Assembly (NCBI GenBank): GCA_965649225.1
Contig: CBFGJX010000010.1
Coordinates: 21,532 to 85,531, forward strand
Direction of reading: 5' to 3'
DNA from: a candidate division WOR-3 bacterium
GTDB taxonomy: Bacteria > Hydrothermota > Tepidihabitantia > Tepidihabitantales > Tepidihabitantaceae
Length of the DNA: 64,000 nt
Shown: one piece after another, positions 9,765-19,015 of the stretch
Position numbering within the stretch: the stretch's first letter is position 1
How the letters are laid out: each line of letters opens with the position of its first letter
Translations under genes and position numbers: made by a program
The notes under the pieces: model-generated
The model's database searches: none
Seen by the model: the letters and a program-made list of their open reading frames with translations, nothing else
Told to the model about the DNA's origin: nothing

Positions 9765-9812
9765 ATACAACATCTGGTATCAGTGACCAAGAGGCCGTAC
9801 TAGATATGGTGG
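9765..9812. promoter_or_regulatory. Tandem NrdR-box-like operators
   Basis: atacaacatctggtat (9765-9780) and gtactagatatggtgg (9797-9812) both fit acaCwAtATaTwGtgt; starts are 32 bp apart. Confidence 0.6.
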
Positions 9813-9911
9813 GGGGGGTGCCCTCCACCACCGCGTAGGGTCCGGAGGGGGGGCGTATGCCAGTGCAGGGGTGGCAAGAGTCGACCGTGGGAAGTCAGGG
9901 TCGGGACTGAA

Positions 9912-10649
9912 TCAGTCTGGGGGTTGCCGGGAGAAGTCTGGAAACATTCTGACGCCGGTCAGTCGTTCGACCGAATCGACCGGAATCTGCCAGAAAGGAA
10001 TCGGGCGGTTCGGAGGTCGGGGCAGGTTGGGTACAAGCCAGGCAGTCGGTACTGGTGCGTTCTTCTTTACGGCTCCGGCAAAGTAGGCGTGAGGGACAGC
10101 AATCCGGCTGGCACCGAGCCAGAGAGTGTCGCGGCCGGCAAGCAGAACCGGTCCATCAACTACCCAGATTGTTTCGCCGGGTCGGACACTCTGCCGGATT
10201 TGTTCTTCAATCTGGCGCCAGGGCCCGCGGTTGATGCGACTGTACTGCGGGGTGATGTTGGTGAGATAATAGGTTTCGAACTGAGCCCGAGGCCCAAACA
10301 CTTTCAGCGCAGCGTCAGGCGCTAGGTGGCCACGGTCGAATCCCGTAAGGTCGCGGCGGAATTGATGGCGATAGTCGGCTGGTACCGGGCCCAGCCCCGT
10401 TGGTAGCCGTGGGTCGGCGGCAAAGCGATGGTTGCGACGGGAAAGCCTTTGCCGGGTCGGTGTGTAGAAGTAGGCGGCCCAGCGGGAGATTTTCAATCGT
10501 GGTGACCAGCCGCAGTCGTAAGCGGCGTTCTGCAGCAGTATCAGGGCAGTATCATCGGAATGGGGCCGCCCCCAGGGATGAAGTCGTAGGCGTGGTGTGC
10601 TGTCCGGGGGCTGGCTGGAGACAAGCAGTACAACCAGGAGGATTGCCAC
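9912..10649 (-). CDS. Secreted DNA/RNA non-specific endonuclease (NucA/EndoG family)
   Basis: GFDRGHLAP, TYYLTNITPQ...NRGPW..IE, IAVP. GTG start lies 5 nt after TTGACC-N16-TAATTT. Confidence 0.9.
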   Translation of the reverse strand: MAILLVVLLVSSQPPDSTPRLRLHPWGRPHSDDTALILLQNAAYDCGWSPRLKISRWAAYFYTPTRQRLSRRNHRFAADPRLPTGLGPVPADYRHQFRRDLTGFDRGHLAPDAALKVFGPRAQFETYYLTNITPQYSRINRGPWRQIEEQIRQSVRPGETIWVVDGPVLLAGRDTLWLGASRIAVPHAYFAGAVKKNAPVPTAWLVPNLPRPPNRPIPFWQIPVDSVERLTGVRMFPDFSRQPPD

Positions 10650-10806
10650 CGCTGAAATTATCACAGCGGTTGTCCCGGTCAAGGCAGGGTTCTTGACATT
10701 TCGGGGTGAGGGGGATACAATGCATTTTGCGCCCGGCTAGGGCGGAGGGCCGTTTGTCCGCCGGTGCCGGACGACGCAGCAAGACCGGGTTCTTTCAGGA
10801 GGGGTC

Positions 10807-13800
10807 ATGGTCAAGTTTCTCCGGGTCTTCGGTTTTCTCTTTTCACTGTCCCTGGTCGCGACGGCAGCGGGCTGGGGCACACCCAGTAATCTGACACAAA
10901 CCAGTACTCAGCATGAGTACTCGCAGTATGCCCATTGCGGCGGGGTAGCGGCCGATACCGGTGGGAATTTGCACGTTACCTGGTACGCTGCAGTGAACGT
11001 CAACAAGGTATGCTATCGCCGGCGGAGCAGTGCCGATGGTTCGTGGGGCACAGTCGAGACCGTCAGCACCAGCAATTCGCTGAACAGTCTGCGTGGCGGC
11101 GTGGCGGCGGACTTTGACGGCAACGTTCATGTCGTCTGGCTGCGCAACACTCCGCCCTACTGCGGGGTGTGGTACCGTCGTCGCAGTGCGGCGACCGGCA
11201 CCTGGTCCAGTGAGCAACTGGTTGCGACAAAGCATACCGGCTACGCTCCGGGTGAACCTTCAATTGCGACCCGGCCGGGCGGGAATCAGCTGCATCTGGT
11301 CTGGACCCAGCGGTGCAGCAGCGGGGTCGCCCCCACTTACACGAAAGTCTGGCATCGGGAGTTCGATGGATCAGCGTGGGGGCCGATTACGATGGTGAGC
11401 GTCGATACGGCGACAGCGGCATTGAACGCCGGTGTCGCGGTTGACAGCGCGAACAACGTTCACATCACCTGGCAGCAGTACGGCAACGGCGTCAGCAGTT
11501 TTCGAGTCTGGTACCGGGCGCGGCTGAACGGTGTCTGGCAGCCCATCGAGCAGGTTTCCTCGGCTGAGCTGGAGTCCTATTCTCAGTACAATCCGGATAT
11601 CGAGGTCAGCGCGACCGGAGTGCCGCACGTTGTCTGGCATGGCCAGACTCCGTCCGCTCCCCTTTACTTCCGGATTCTCTACCGCACCAAGACTGAAGGT
11701 GCCTGGGCCGCAATCGAGACCTGCAGTGTGTTCAATAGCGCCCACAACCGTTTCCCAGGGATTGCACTGGTGGGCGAGACGGCACATGTAGTCTGGCGCC
11801 GTGACAGTACCGGCTCATCGGTCTATTCGCATCTTCGTTATCGGGCGCGCACCGGGGCTGGTCAGTGGTCGAGCGACGTCCGGTTGTCGCCGGCAAACTG
11901 GGTGAGTTTCGCCTGGTATGCCGCGGTGACCGCGTGGCGCGGAGATGTGCATCTGGTCTGGCACGACAGCTGGAACGGTTCGACCGCCGGGTTCAGTGAC
12001 GTGTGGTATCTTCGGCGGGCGGTTGAGCCGGATCTGGATTACGCTGCGGTCAGTGTTGATTCGGTCTGGCCGTTTCAACCCCGGAACGGAACTGCCCGCG
12101 TGGCCGCGACGGTGCGCAATACCGGACGACTGGCGCAGCCGGCCGGAAAAAAGCTGATTCTGACAATCGGCGGGCCGAACGGTTATGACTGGAGTGACAC
12201 CGCCTACACCAGCCGGGGGCTTCTGCCGGGTGAAAGCGAGAGCGTGGTCTTCCCGTTACTGTGGTCGGTGCCGGCAGTCCGGGGGCATTATGTGCTGTCG
12301 GTGATCAGTGGACTGGAGGGAGATGAGAATCCGGAAAACGACACCGCCCGGTTTCAGGTTGAGGTTTACCCCGGCCTGTACGAGACATTTACCGCTACAA
12401 CCTTTCCCCCGTCGGGCTGGCACCGATACAACTTCGACCAGAGTGATCCCTGGACACGGCATACTGCTTACAGTTTTACTGCCCCGGCCTGTGCCCGGGT
12501 TTACTTTGATACCCCGAACAACGACTGGCTTATTACGCCTGCACTCGGGCCGATTGGTCCGGACGACGATTCGCTGGTTTTCTACTTTCGTGCCGACCAG
12601 CCCAACTACTATGAGACCTTGACGGTACGGATTGCGACAAGGAGTCAGACTGACACCACTGCGTTTGGAGCGGTCGTCGGCCGGTTTGTGACCAGCGGCA
12701 CTACTGCCTGGCGGCGGCTGGCCTACAGTCTTGCGCCCTGGCGGGACAGTACGGTTTATCTGGCATTCGTTTACAAAAACTACGATGCGTTCGGTGTGGC
12801 GATAGACGATGTCATGGGGCCGAAGCTTTACCAGCCGCTGCGGGATATGGCAGTGGACAGGCTCCACTGTACAGGCTATCCGCTGGTGGTCGGCAGCAAC
12901 GAGACGCTTTCGGTCGTGGTCCGCAATCGCGGCACGCTGGCTGCGACAACTTGGCGGGTGCGGCTGGCAATTGATGGTCAACCGGTGGACAGTCTCGAGG
13001 GGACGAGCCTCGCTCCGGGTGAGAGTGCGGCAGTATTCTTCCTTCTGAACCCGTCGGTTTCCCGGCGCGCAGTGTTTGCAGCCCGGGTGGTGCTCGTCGG
13101 TGACGAGAATCCGCTGAATGACAGCATCGCGCTGGATGACTGGATTTTCCCGCGCAACACCGTCGCGGCGCAGGGTTTTGATCTCCCTTATTGCAGTAGT
13201 TTCCCACCGCCGGGTTGGGCGCGGTTTTCCCGCGATGGTGGAGCTCAGCAATGGGAATGGCGCGAGGAGCCGGGACGGGAACACTCCGGGCTACGCCACT
13301 CCGGCGTAAGGTGGGAGTCGGCGCTGCTGCGCAACGACGACTGGCTGGTGAGCAACAGCTTCACCCCGACCGCAACCGGCACCGATACGATTGGATTCTT
13401 CTGGCGGGCGTACGACCGCGACTATCCGGAGTCGCTGGAGGTTTTTGTGATGAGCGGTCAGAACGGCCCGGCCGACACACTGGCGCGGATTTTCGCTGCC
13501 AGCACCCGCGCTACCGAATACGGCGCAACGAAACTGTGTCTGGATGCCTGGGACGAGCGGCCGATTCATATCGGGTTTCGCTACCCCTCGCTCGATGCCT
13601 GGTTCCTGTTGATTGACGACGTCTGGTGGCAGATCACGCGCGGCGGGCCGGGGGTGCCGGTGCTGGCCGCGCCGCCGGACGACGCCGACAGCCAGCCCGC
13701 TGCCGGCCAGCTCGTCTGGCACCCGGCGTTCAACACCGATGTCTATGATGTTCTACTGGACACAGTTTTCCCGCCCGCGCAACTGCTGGCCGAGGGGCTG

Positions 13801-15171
13801 GTTGACACAGTGGTCGAGTATGCCGGGCTGCTGCCCTGGCGGCGCTACTGGTGGCGGGTGGATGCCCGTAACCGGGCGGGCCGGACGGTATCGCAGGTCT
13901 GGAGTTTTACGACGATTGGACCGGATACTACCGCGCCGGGCTGGCGTGAGATCAGCCAGGTGCCATTGTTGCCTTCGGGCAAGGCGGTGGGGGATGGTGG
14001 CGCCCTGGCATGGGACGATGCCAGTGGTAGTTTCTTTGTGCTGAAGGGACAGAAGACCTCTGACTGCTGGCGATTCGACCCGGTCGGCAGCAGCTGGCTG
14101 CAGCTGCCACCGGTGCCGGCCGGGAACGAAAACAAGCTGCCGGGCAAGGGTGCGGCAGTCTGCGGTGACGGTAGCGGCACGGTCTATCTGCTCAAAGGTA
14201 ACAATACGGTGGCGTTCTGGTCGTACCGGTCCGACTCGGCAACGTGGACTGCGCTGGCTGACGTACCGCTCGGAGTCTCCAACAAGCGGGTCAAAGGCGG
14301 CGGGGACATGGTTTATGTTGCCGTTGGTGAAACGGGATTTGTTTATCTGCTCAAGGGCAACCGTACCGAGTTCTACCGCTACAATGCTGTCACCGGGGTC
14401 TGGCAAACCGTGGAGCCGGCACCGACCGGGGCAAGGGCAAAGTGGGACCGGGGGTCATGGCTGGCTTACGATAACGCCGGCAGAATCTATGCCCACAAGG
14501 CCAAAATCCACGAGTTTTACTGTTACGACATTGCCACCGGCCAGTGGCAGACCGCCGGGCCGGGTATGCCGCTTTTGTGCGGCCAGACCGGCAAGAGCAA
14601 GAAAAGCAAGGATGGCGCCGATGGCGTTGCCCTCGGCAGCAGGATTTACGCCTTGAAGGGAGGCAATACCTGCGACTTCTATGCTTTTGAACCGGTCAGC
14701 GCCAGCTGGGTTGAACTTGAAACCATTCCTTCCTTCGGTTCCAGCAACAGAAAGAAGCGGGTCAAAGGCGGTGGCGGGCTGGCAACCGATGGTCTCCATA
14801 TCTGGGCGCTGAAGGGCAATAAAACCGCCGAGCTGTGGCGGTATGTTCCGGGTGGCACTTCTCTGCCCGCCGGCCGCCGGCAGGAAAAAAACTGCCGTCC
14901 GGCAGTATCAGTGACCGCTGCCCAACTTACGGCCGAAGGAAGAGTCGCGATCCGGCTGGCTGATGCGCCGGCGCTGCAACCTCTGGCTATTACGCTTTAC
15001 GATGCCGCCGGTCGGGTGGTCCTGACCCGAAAAATCATTCCGGCAGAAGGGGCGCTGGTTCTGCCTGAACTGCCGCGGGGGGTTTACCTGATGCAGGCGG
15101 TTGGACCTGGGCAGAGCAGGAATGCCAAGCTTGTCATCGGCCATGGTATCGCGCTCTTGACAGATGAATGA
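10807..15171 (+). CDS. Large secreted multidomain protein: beta-propeller, CARDB/Ig, two cleaved-adhesin-like domains, FN3-like, Kelch propeller, T9SS-like CTD
   Basis: Signal peptide; HV.W...YR repeats; DENP.ND (CARDB); FPP.GW...NDWL...IDDV twice; LKGNNT repeats; LYDAAGRVV...GVYL...KLVI. Confidence 0.85.
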   Translation: MVKFLRVFGFLFSLSLVATAAGWGTPSNLTQTSTQHEYSQYAHCGGVAADTGGNLHVTWYAAVNVNKVCYRRRSSADGSWGTVETVSTSNSLNSLRGGVAADFDGNVHVVWLRNTPPYCGVWYRRRSAATGTWSSEQLVATKHTGYAPGEPSIATRPGGNQLHLVWTQRCSSGVAPTYTKVWHREFDGSAWGPITMVSVDTATAALNAGVAVDSANNVHITWQQYGNGVSSFRVWYRARLNGVWQPIEQVSSAELESYSQYNPDIEVSATGVPHVVWHGQTPSAPLYFRILYRTKTEGAWAAIETCSVFNSAHNRFPGIALVGETAHVVWRRDSTGSSVYSHLRYRARTGAGQWSSDVRLSPANWVSFAWYAAVTAWRGDVHLVWHDSWNGSTAGFSDVWYLRRAVEPDLDYAAVSVDSVWPFQPRNGTARVAATVRNTGRLAQPAGKKLILTIGGPNGYDWSDTAYTSRGLLPGESESVVFPLLWSVPAVRGHYVLSVISGLEGDENPENDTARFQVEVYPGLYETFTATTFPPSGWHRYNFDQSDPWTRHTAYSFTAPACARVYFDTPNNDWLITPALGPIGPDDDSLVFYFRADQPNYYETLTVRIATRSQTDTTAFGAVVGRFVTSGTTAWRRLAYSLAPWRDSTVYLAFVYKNYDAFGVAIDDVMGPKLYQPLRDMAVDRLHCTGYPLVVGSNETLSVVVRNRGTLAATTWRVRLAIDGQPVDSLEGTSLAPGESAAVFFLLNPSVSRRAVFAARVVLVGDENPLNDSIALDDWIFPRNTVAAQGFDLPYCSSFPPPGWARFSRDGGAQQWEWREEPGREHSGLRHSGVRWESALLRNDDWLVSNSFTPTATGTDTIGFFWRAYDRDYPESLEVFVMSGQNGPADTLARIFAASTRATEYGATKLCLDAWDERPIHIGFRYPSLDAWFLLIDDVWWQITRGGPGVPVLAAPPDDADSQPAAGQLVWHPAFNTDVYDVLLDTVFPPAQLLAEGLVDTVVEYAGLLPWRRYWWRVDARNRAGRTVSQVWSFTTIGPDTTAPGWREISQVPLLPSGKAVGDGGALAWDDASGSFFVLKGQKTSDCWRFDPVGSSWLQLPPVPAGNENKLPGKGAAVCGDGSGTVYLLKGNNTVAFWSYRSDSATWTALADVPLGVSNKRVKGGGDMVYVAVGETGFVYLLKGNRTEFYRYNAVTGVWQTVEPAPTGARAKWDRGSWLAYDNAGRIYAHKAKIHEFYCYDIATGQWQTAGPGMPLLCGQTGKSKKSKDGADGVALGSRIYALKGGNTCDFYAFEPVSASWVELETIPSFGSSNRKKRVKGGGGLATDGLHIWALKGNKTAELWRYVPGGTSLPAGRRQEKNCRPAVSVTAAQLTAEGRVAIRLADAPALQPLAITLYDAAGRVVLTRKIIPAEGALVLPELPRGVYLMQAVGPGQSRNAKLVIGHGIALLTDE

Positions 15172-15230
15172 AGATACGCCATTATGTTGTCCGGGAGTAC
15201 GGGACCGTATCAAAAAAGGGTTAGCTCCCA

Positions 15231-18200
15231 ATGCCGCCGGTGCGGTCCGCGGCGGCAGGCTTAGGGCAGTTTAACCGGGGGTGGTTGTTGTTTTGGATTC
15301 TGCTGGTCACGGGGGTGGCCAGTCTTAATGCAGTAAACGGGCAGTCGGCGGCCGCAAGGCTGAAAACACTGGTTCGTTACGCGGCCAGGCCGAGCGGGGC
15401 GCCGGTTGTGATTGGTGGCCGGCTTTTCACCTTTGACAGTTCTGGTGCCGAAATTCGTCCCGCCAGTGTTGACGAGGCCGGGTACAGTTTTTCTCCCGTC
15501 CCTAGTTGCTCCGAGAGTGATGCCCGGATGCTGGATACCACCGTACTGCCAGTGCCGGTACCGGGGCAGATGTTTTCGGCTGACGTGGCATTCGATGGCA
15601 GCAACTGGCTGGTGGTCTGGGAGCATCATGTCGGTCGTTCCGATATCTACTGCGCCCGAATTGATTCTGCCGGTACAGTCCTGGACCGTTTTGGTATACC
15701 AGCAGTGGTTGCGCCCGGATATCAGGTTTTTCCCCAGCTGGCGTTCAACGGTCACCACTATTTGATTGTCTGGGAAGACTGGCGGGGCGGGTCCTATGCC
15801 GATATTTATGCCGCACGGGTGACACCCGCCGGTGTCGTGCTTGACCCGGGCGGTTTCCCGGTCTGCACTGCACCCAACGACCAGTGGCACCCGGCCGTTG
15901 CCTGGTCAGGGTCGACCTGGCTGATTGTCTGGGAGGATTTTCGCGACGGTGAGCAGTTCGACATCAGGGGGGTCAGGCTCGATACGACCGGAATGGTGCT
16001 TGCCCCGGGAGAATTTGCTGTCGCTGCTGCCGGCGTGCCGGAAACCGGGCCGGTTGTCGCCGCTGCTGGCGATACGGCCTTGGTGTGCTGGACCCTTTGG
16101 CCGGAGATTCTTGCCGAGGGTGGTATCTACGGTCGGCGGATCGACGGTCAGGGCACGATTCTCGACCCCGAGCCACTGCTGATCAGCGATCGGGACAGTC
16201 TGGAATATGCGCCGGCGATTGCCGCCGGGCCGGACGGCTGGCTGGTGACCTGGATTGATACCCGGCTCGGCGAGGACGATGTCTACGGGGCAAGAGTTTC
16301 GCCGTCGGGGGCGGTGATCGACTCCACTGGTATCGTGGTCAGCACCGCTACCGGCGCCCAGCGGCCGTGGTCGGTGGCATTCGACGGGACAAATTACATT
16401 GCTGCCTGGGAAGACCGGCGTAACGGTGCGGCTGATGTCTATTGTGCCCGGATCAATCAGTCAGGGGCGGTGATCGACCCGAACGGCATCGCGGTTTGTA
16501 CCGCAACTGACAATCAGGTCGGCCCGGCTGTTGCCGCAGGCAGCATCGCGATACTGGTTGTCTGGGATGATGACCGCGACCCCGAGCATACCCGCAGTTA
16601 TTTTGTCCGGCTTGGCCGAACCGGTACAGTGCTGGAGCCCAACGGCCGGCAGGTGGCGCTAGCCGCCAATAGCCAGTCTGAGCCGGCGGTGGCATTTGAT
16701 GGTGCAGACTTTCTGGTTGTCTGGGCTGATGCTGGCGCCACGGGCAGTGATATCAGAGCAATCAAAGTCGATCAGTACGGTCGGCAGCTTGCCGCTGGAT
16801 TCACGGTGTCGGCGGCGCCGGGTGACCAGCTTCGGCCGGCAGTGGCATTTGACGGCGACAACTTTCTTGTCGTCTGGGAAGACTGGCGCGGACCGGATGC
16901 GCCCGATGTTTACGGTGCGCGGGTGAGTCGGTCGGGTACGGTCCTGGATCCGGCCGGGATTGCGATTCTGGCCGGCGCCGGCCGGCAGACCGCCCCGGCA
17001 GTGGCATTCGGCGGTGGCCGGTATGTCGTCGCGGTGCAGAACGACCGATTTCTGACCGGCTGGGATGACATTTACGGAGTGCGGTTGAATATCGACGGCA
17101 CAGTGCTGGACAGTTTCGGTTTTCCAATTGACACGGCTTCGCACTGGCAGGTGCAGCCGAGGCTGGGCTTCAGCGGCAGCAATTTCCTTGTTGTCTGGGA
17201 AGACCACCGGTCTGGTCTGGCCGGAGATATTTACGCTTGTCGGCTTGGTCTCGACGGACTGCCCCTTGATACGGTGGCCAAAGGGTTTGCCGTTACCGGT
17301 TCGGAACGTGCCGAGTCGAAGCCGGATCTCGCGTATGACGGTGCCAACTGGCTGGTAGCCTGGGAGTGCGAGGGCCTCGATCGCGCCACCGACATTCGCT
17401 ATTGCCGGGTGCGTCGAGAGGGCGGGTTGCTTGATCCGATGGGCCGAACCGCTTCCGCCGCCCCCGACAGCCAGAGCTGTCCGCGGGTGACTTTCGATGG
17501 CAATAACTGGCTGGTGCTCTGGCGCAACCGCAGTTCGGCTGACGCCCCGCGCTTGGGCGGGGTGCGTGTCAACAGCACCGGCGGTATTGCCGGCTACCTG
17601 CGTCCGGGAATCGGTGCTCCGGCAGCGGCCGCACCTGCCGTCTGCCGTGGCGGGCTGGGGGCGTTTGTCGTCTGGTCGGCGTGGACCTGGAACTGGGAGA
17701 GCAGGGCCTACAATTCCTGGCGGGTGTGGGGCGAGTATCTTGCGGCGTCAAGCCCGACGGTAGGCCCGGGCTGGTCCCGCTGCCCCGATGTCAGCGGCAG
17801 CCTGAAGCGGATCAAGCACGGGGGATCGCTGGTGGCGCTCGGCAATAAAGTCTATGCCCTGGTGGGTAACAATACCCGGGACCTGCTCGTCTATGACATC
17901 GACGATAACCGCTGGACGACGCTTACGCCGGTACCCACCGCCACGGCTGGACCGGCGCGCAATGTCAATCGCGGTGCCTGCGCGGCAAGCGATGGAAACG
18001 CGCTCTATATCATCAAGGGCAGCAATACCAGCGAGTTCTGGTGCTACGAACCCAATTCCGGCCGGTGGGAGGAACTGCCGCAACCTGAGTTTACCGGACG
18101 GATCAAAGCCGGCAGTATGGCGTTTGACGGCAGCCGTTCGATTTATCTTGTGCCGGGCAACAATCGTAACGAATGGCGCGTTTTTGACCTCCGCTATCGT

Positions 18201-18938
18201 CGCTGGATGATGCCGCGGCCCGAGACCCTGCCCGGACTGAAGTGGAAAAAGGGCAGTCTGCTCGTTTGTGCCGGTGGCAGGCTTTACGGCGTCAGGGGCG
18301 GCAGCAAAGCCAACGAGTTCTATTCGCTGGACCTGTCGCTGCCCGATCCGGTCTGGCAGCGTCGGACCGACCTGCCGCTCGTCGACAGAGAGGGCCGGCG
18401 GCGCAAAATGAAAGAGGGCGCGGCAGCAGCCTGGGGTGGAGACCGGTTATGGCTGCTGAAGGGTGGTAACAGTCTGGACTTTTTTGCCTATGACCCGGAA
18501 CTGGACGAGTGGCGTCAGTATGAGGACGTCGGGCAGCCTTCCGGTGTACCGGCGAAGAGAGTCAAGGCCGGCGGTGCGCTTGCCTACAGCACGACCACGG
18601 GCGGGTTGTATGCGCTGATCGGCAATAACACCAACGAATTCTGGAGTTATTTGCCCGGTGCCGACAACTTCGGGGTGATGGGAGCGGTCGGGTCGCTGCC
18701 GCGGCAGGACAGCGTTGGACTGGCGGTTTTTCCCAGTCTGGTGCGCGGCAGCGGTCCGGTGCAGGTGCCAGAGGCTACCGGCAGCCTGCGCATTTACGAT
18801 TCTTCCGGCCGGCTGGTGATGAACATCACGGGTAGGGCAGGCGGCTGGCGACCCGATGTCCGCGGTCTCGCTCCCGGCATATACTTCTTGCAAACCGACG
18901 GCAGGAGCAGCAGGGGTAAAATGACGGTTGTCCGTTAG
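15231..18938 (+). CDS. Large secreted repeat protein (FDG.NYLVVWED.R repeats, Kelch propeller, T9SS-like CTD)
   Basis: About 13 repeats of P.VAFDG.N.LVVW.D.R...DIY..R....G.VLDP; KGxNT Kelch module; IYDSSGRLV...GIYF...KMTVVR. Confidence 0.85.
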   Translation: MPPVRSAAAGLGQFNRGWLLFWILLVTGVASLNAVNGQSAAARLKTLVRYAARPSGAPVVIGGRLFTFDSSGAEIRPASVDEAGYSFSPVPSCSESDARMLDTTVLPVPVPGQMFSADVAFDGSNWLVVWEHHVGRSDIYCARIDSAGTVLDRFGIPAVVAPGYQVFPQLAFNGHHYLIVWEDWRGGSYADIYAARVTPAGVVLDPGGFPVCTAPNDQWHPAVAWSGSTWLIVWEDFRDGEQFDIRGVRLDTTGMVLAPGEFAVAAAGVPETGPVVAAAGDTALVCWTLWPEILAEGGIYGRRIDGQGTILDPEPLLISDRDSLEYAPAIAAGPDGWLVTWIDTRLGEDDVYGARVSPSGAVIDSTGIVVSTATGAQRPWSVAFDGTNYIAAWEDRRNGAADVYCARINQSGAVIDPNGIAVCTATDNQVGPAVAAGSIAILVVWDDDRDPEHTRSYFVRLGRTGTVLEPNGRQVALAANSQSEPAVAFDGADFLVVWADAGATGSDIRAIKVDQYGRQLAAGFTVSAAPGDQLRPAVAFDGDNFLVVWEDWRGPDAPDVYGARVSRSGTVLDPAGIAILAGAGRQTAPAVAFGGGRYVVAVQNDRFLTGWDDIYGVRLNIDGTVLDSFGFPIDTASHWQVQPRLGFSGSNFLVVWEDHRSGLAGDIYACRLGLDGLPLDTVAKGFAVTGSERAESKPDLAYDGANWLVAWECEGLDRATDIRYCRVRREGGLLDPMGRTASAAPDSQSCPRVTFDGNNWLVLWRNRSSADAPRLGGVRVNSTGGIAGYLRPGIGAPAAAAPAVCRGGLGAFVVWSAWTWNWESRAYNSWRVWGEYLAASSPTVGPGWSRCPDVSGSLKRIKHGGSLVALGNKVYALVGNNTRDLLVYDIDDNRWTTLTPVPTATAGPARNVNRGACAASDGNALYIIKGSNTSEFWCYEPNSGRWEELPQPEFTGRIKAGSMAFDGSRSIYLVPGNNRNEWRVFDLRYRRWMMPRPETLPGLKWKKGSLLVCAGGRLYGVRGGSKANEFYSLDLSLPDPVWQRRTDLPLVDREGRRRKMKEGAAAAWGGDRLWLLKGGNSLDFFAYDPELDEWRQYEDVGQPSGVPAKRVKAGGALAYSTTTGGLYALIGNNTNEFWSYLPGADNFGVMGAVGSLPRQDSVGLAVFPSLVRGSGPVQVPEATGSLRIYDSSGRLVMNITGRAGGWRPDVRGLAPGIYFLQTDGRSSRGKMTVVR

Positions 18939-19015
18939 AGAAGGGAGGTGGCCACGAAAAAGGCACGACTCGCAATGACCAAGGGCTTGAACAAGGACCG
19001 AAGACGGAGGTATGA

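Noticed and set aside
9808..9872. G-quadruplex-forming G runs
   Set aside because: The loops are long and irregular in a GC-rich genome, and nothing independent supports a function.
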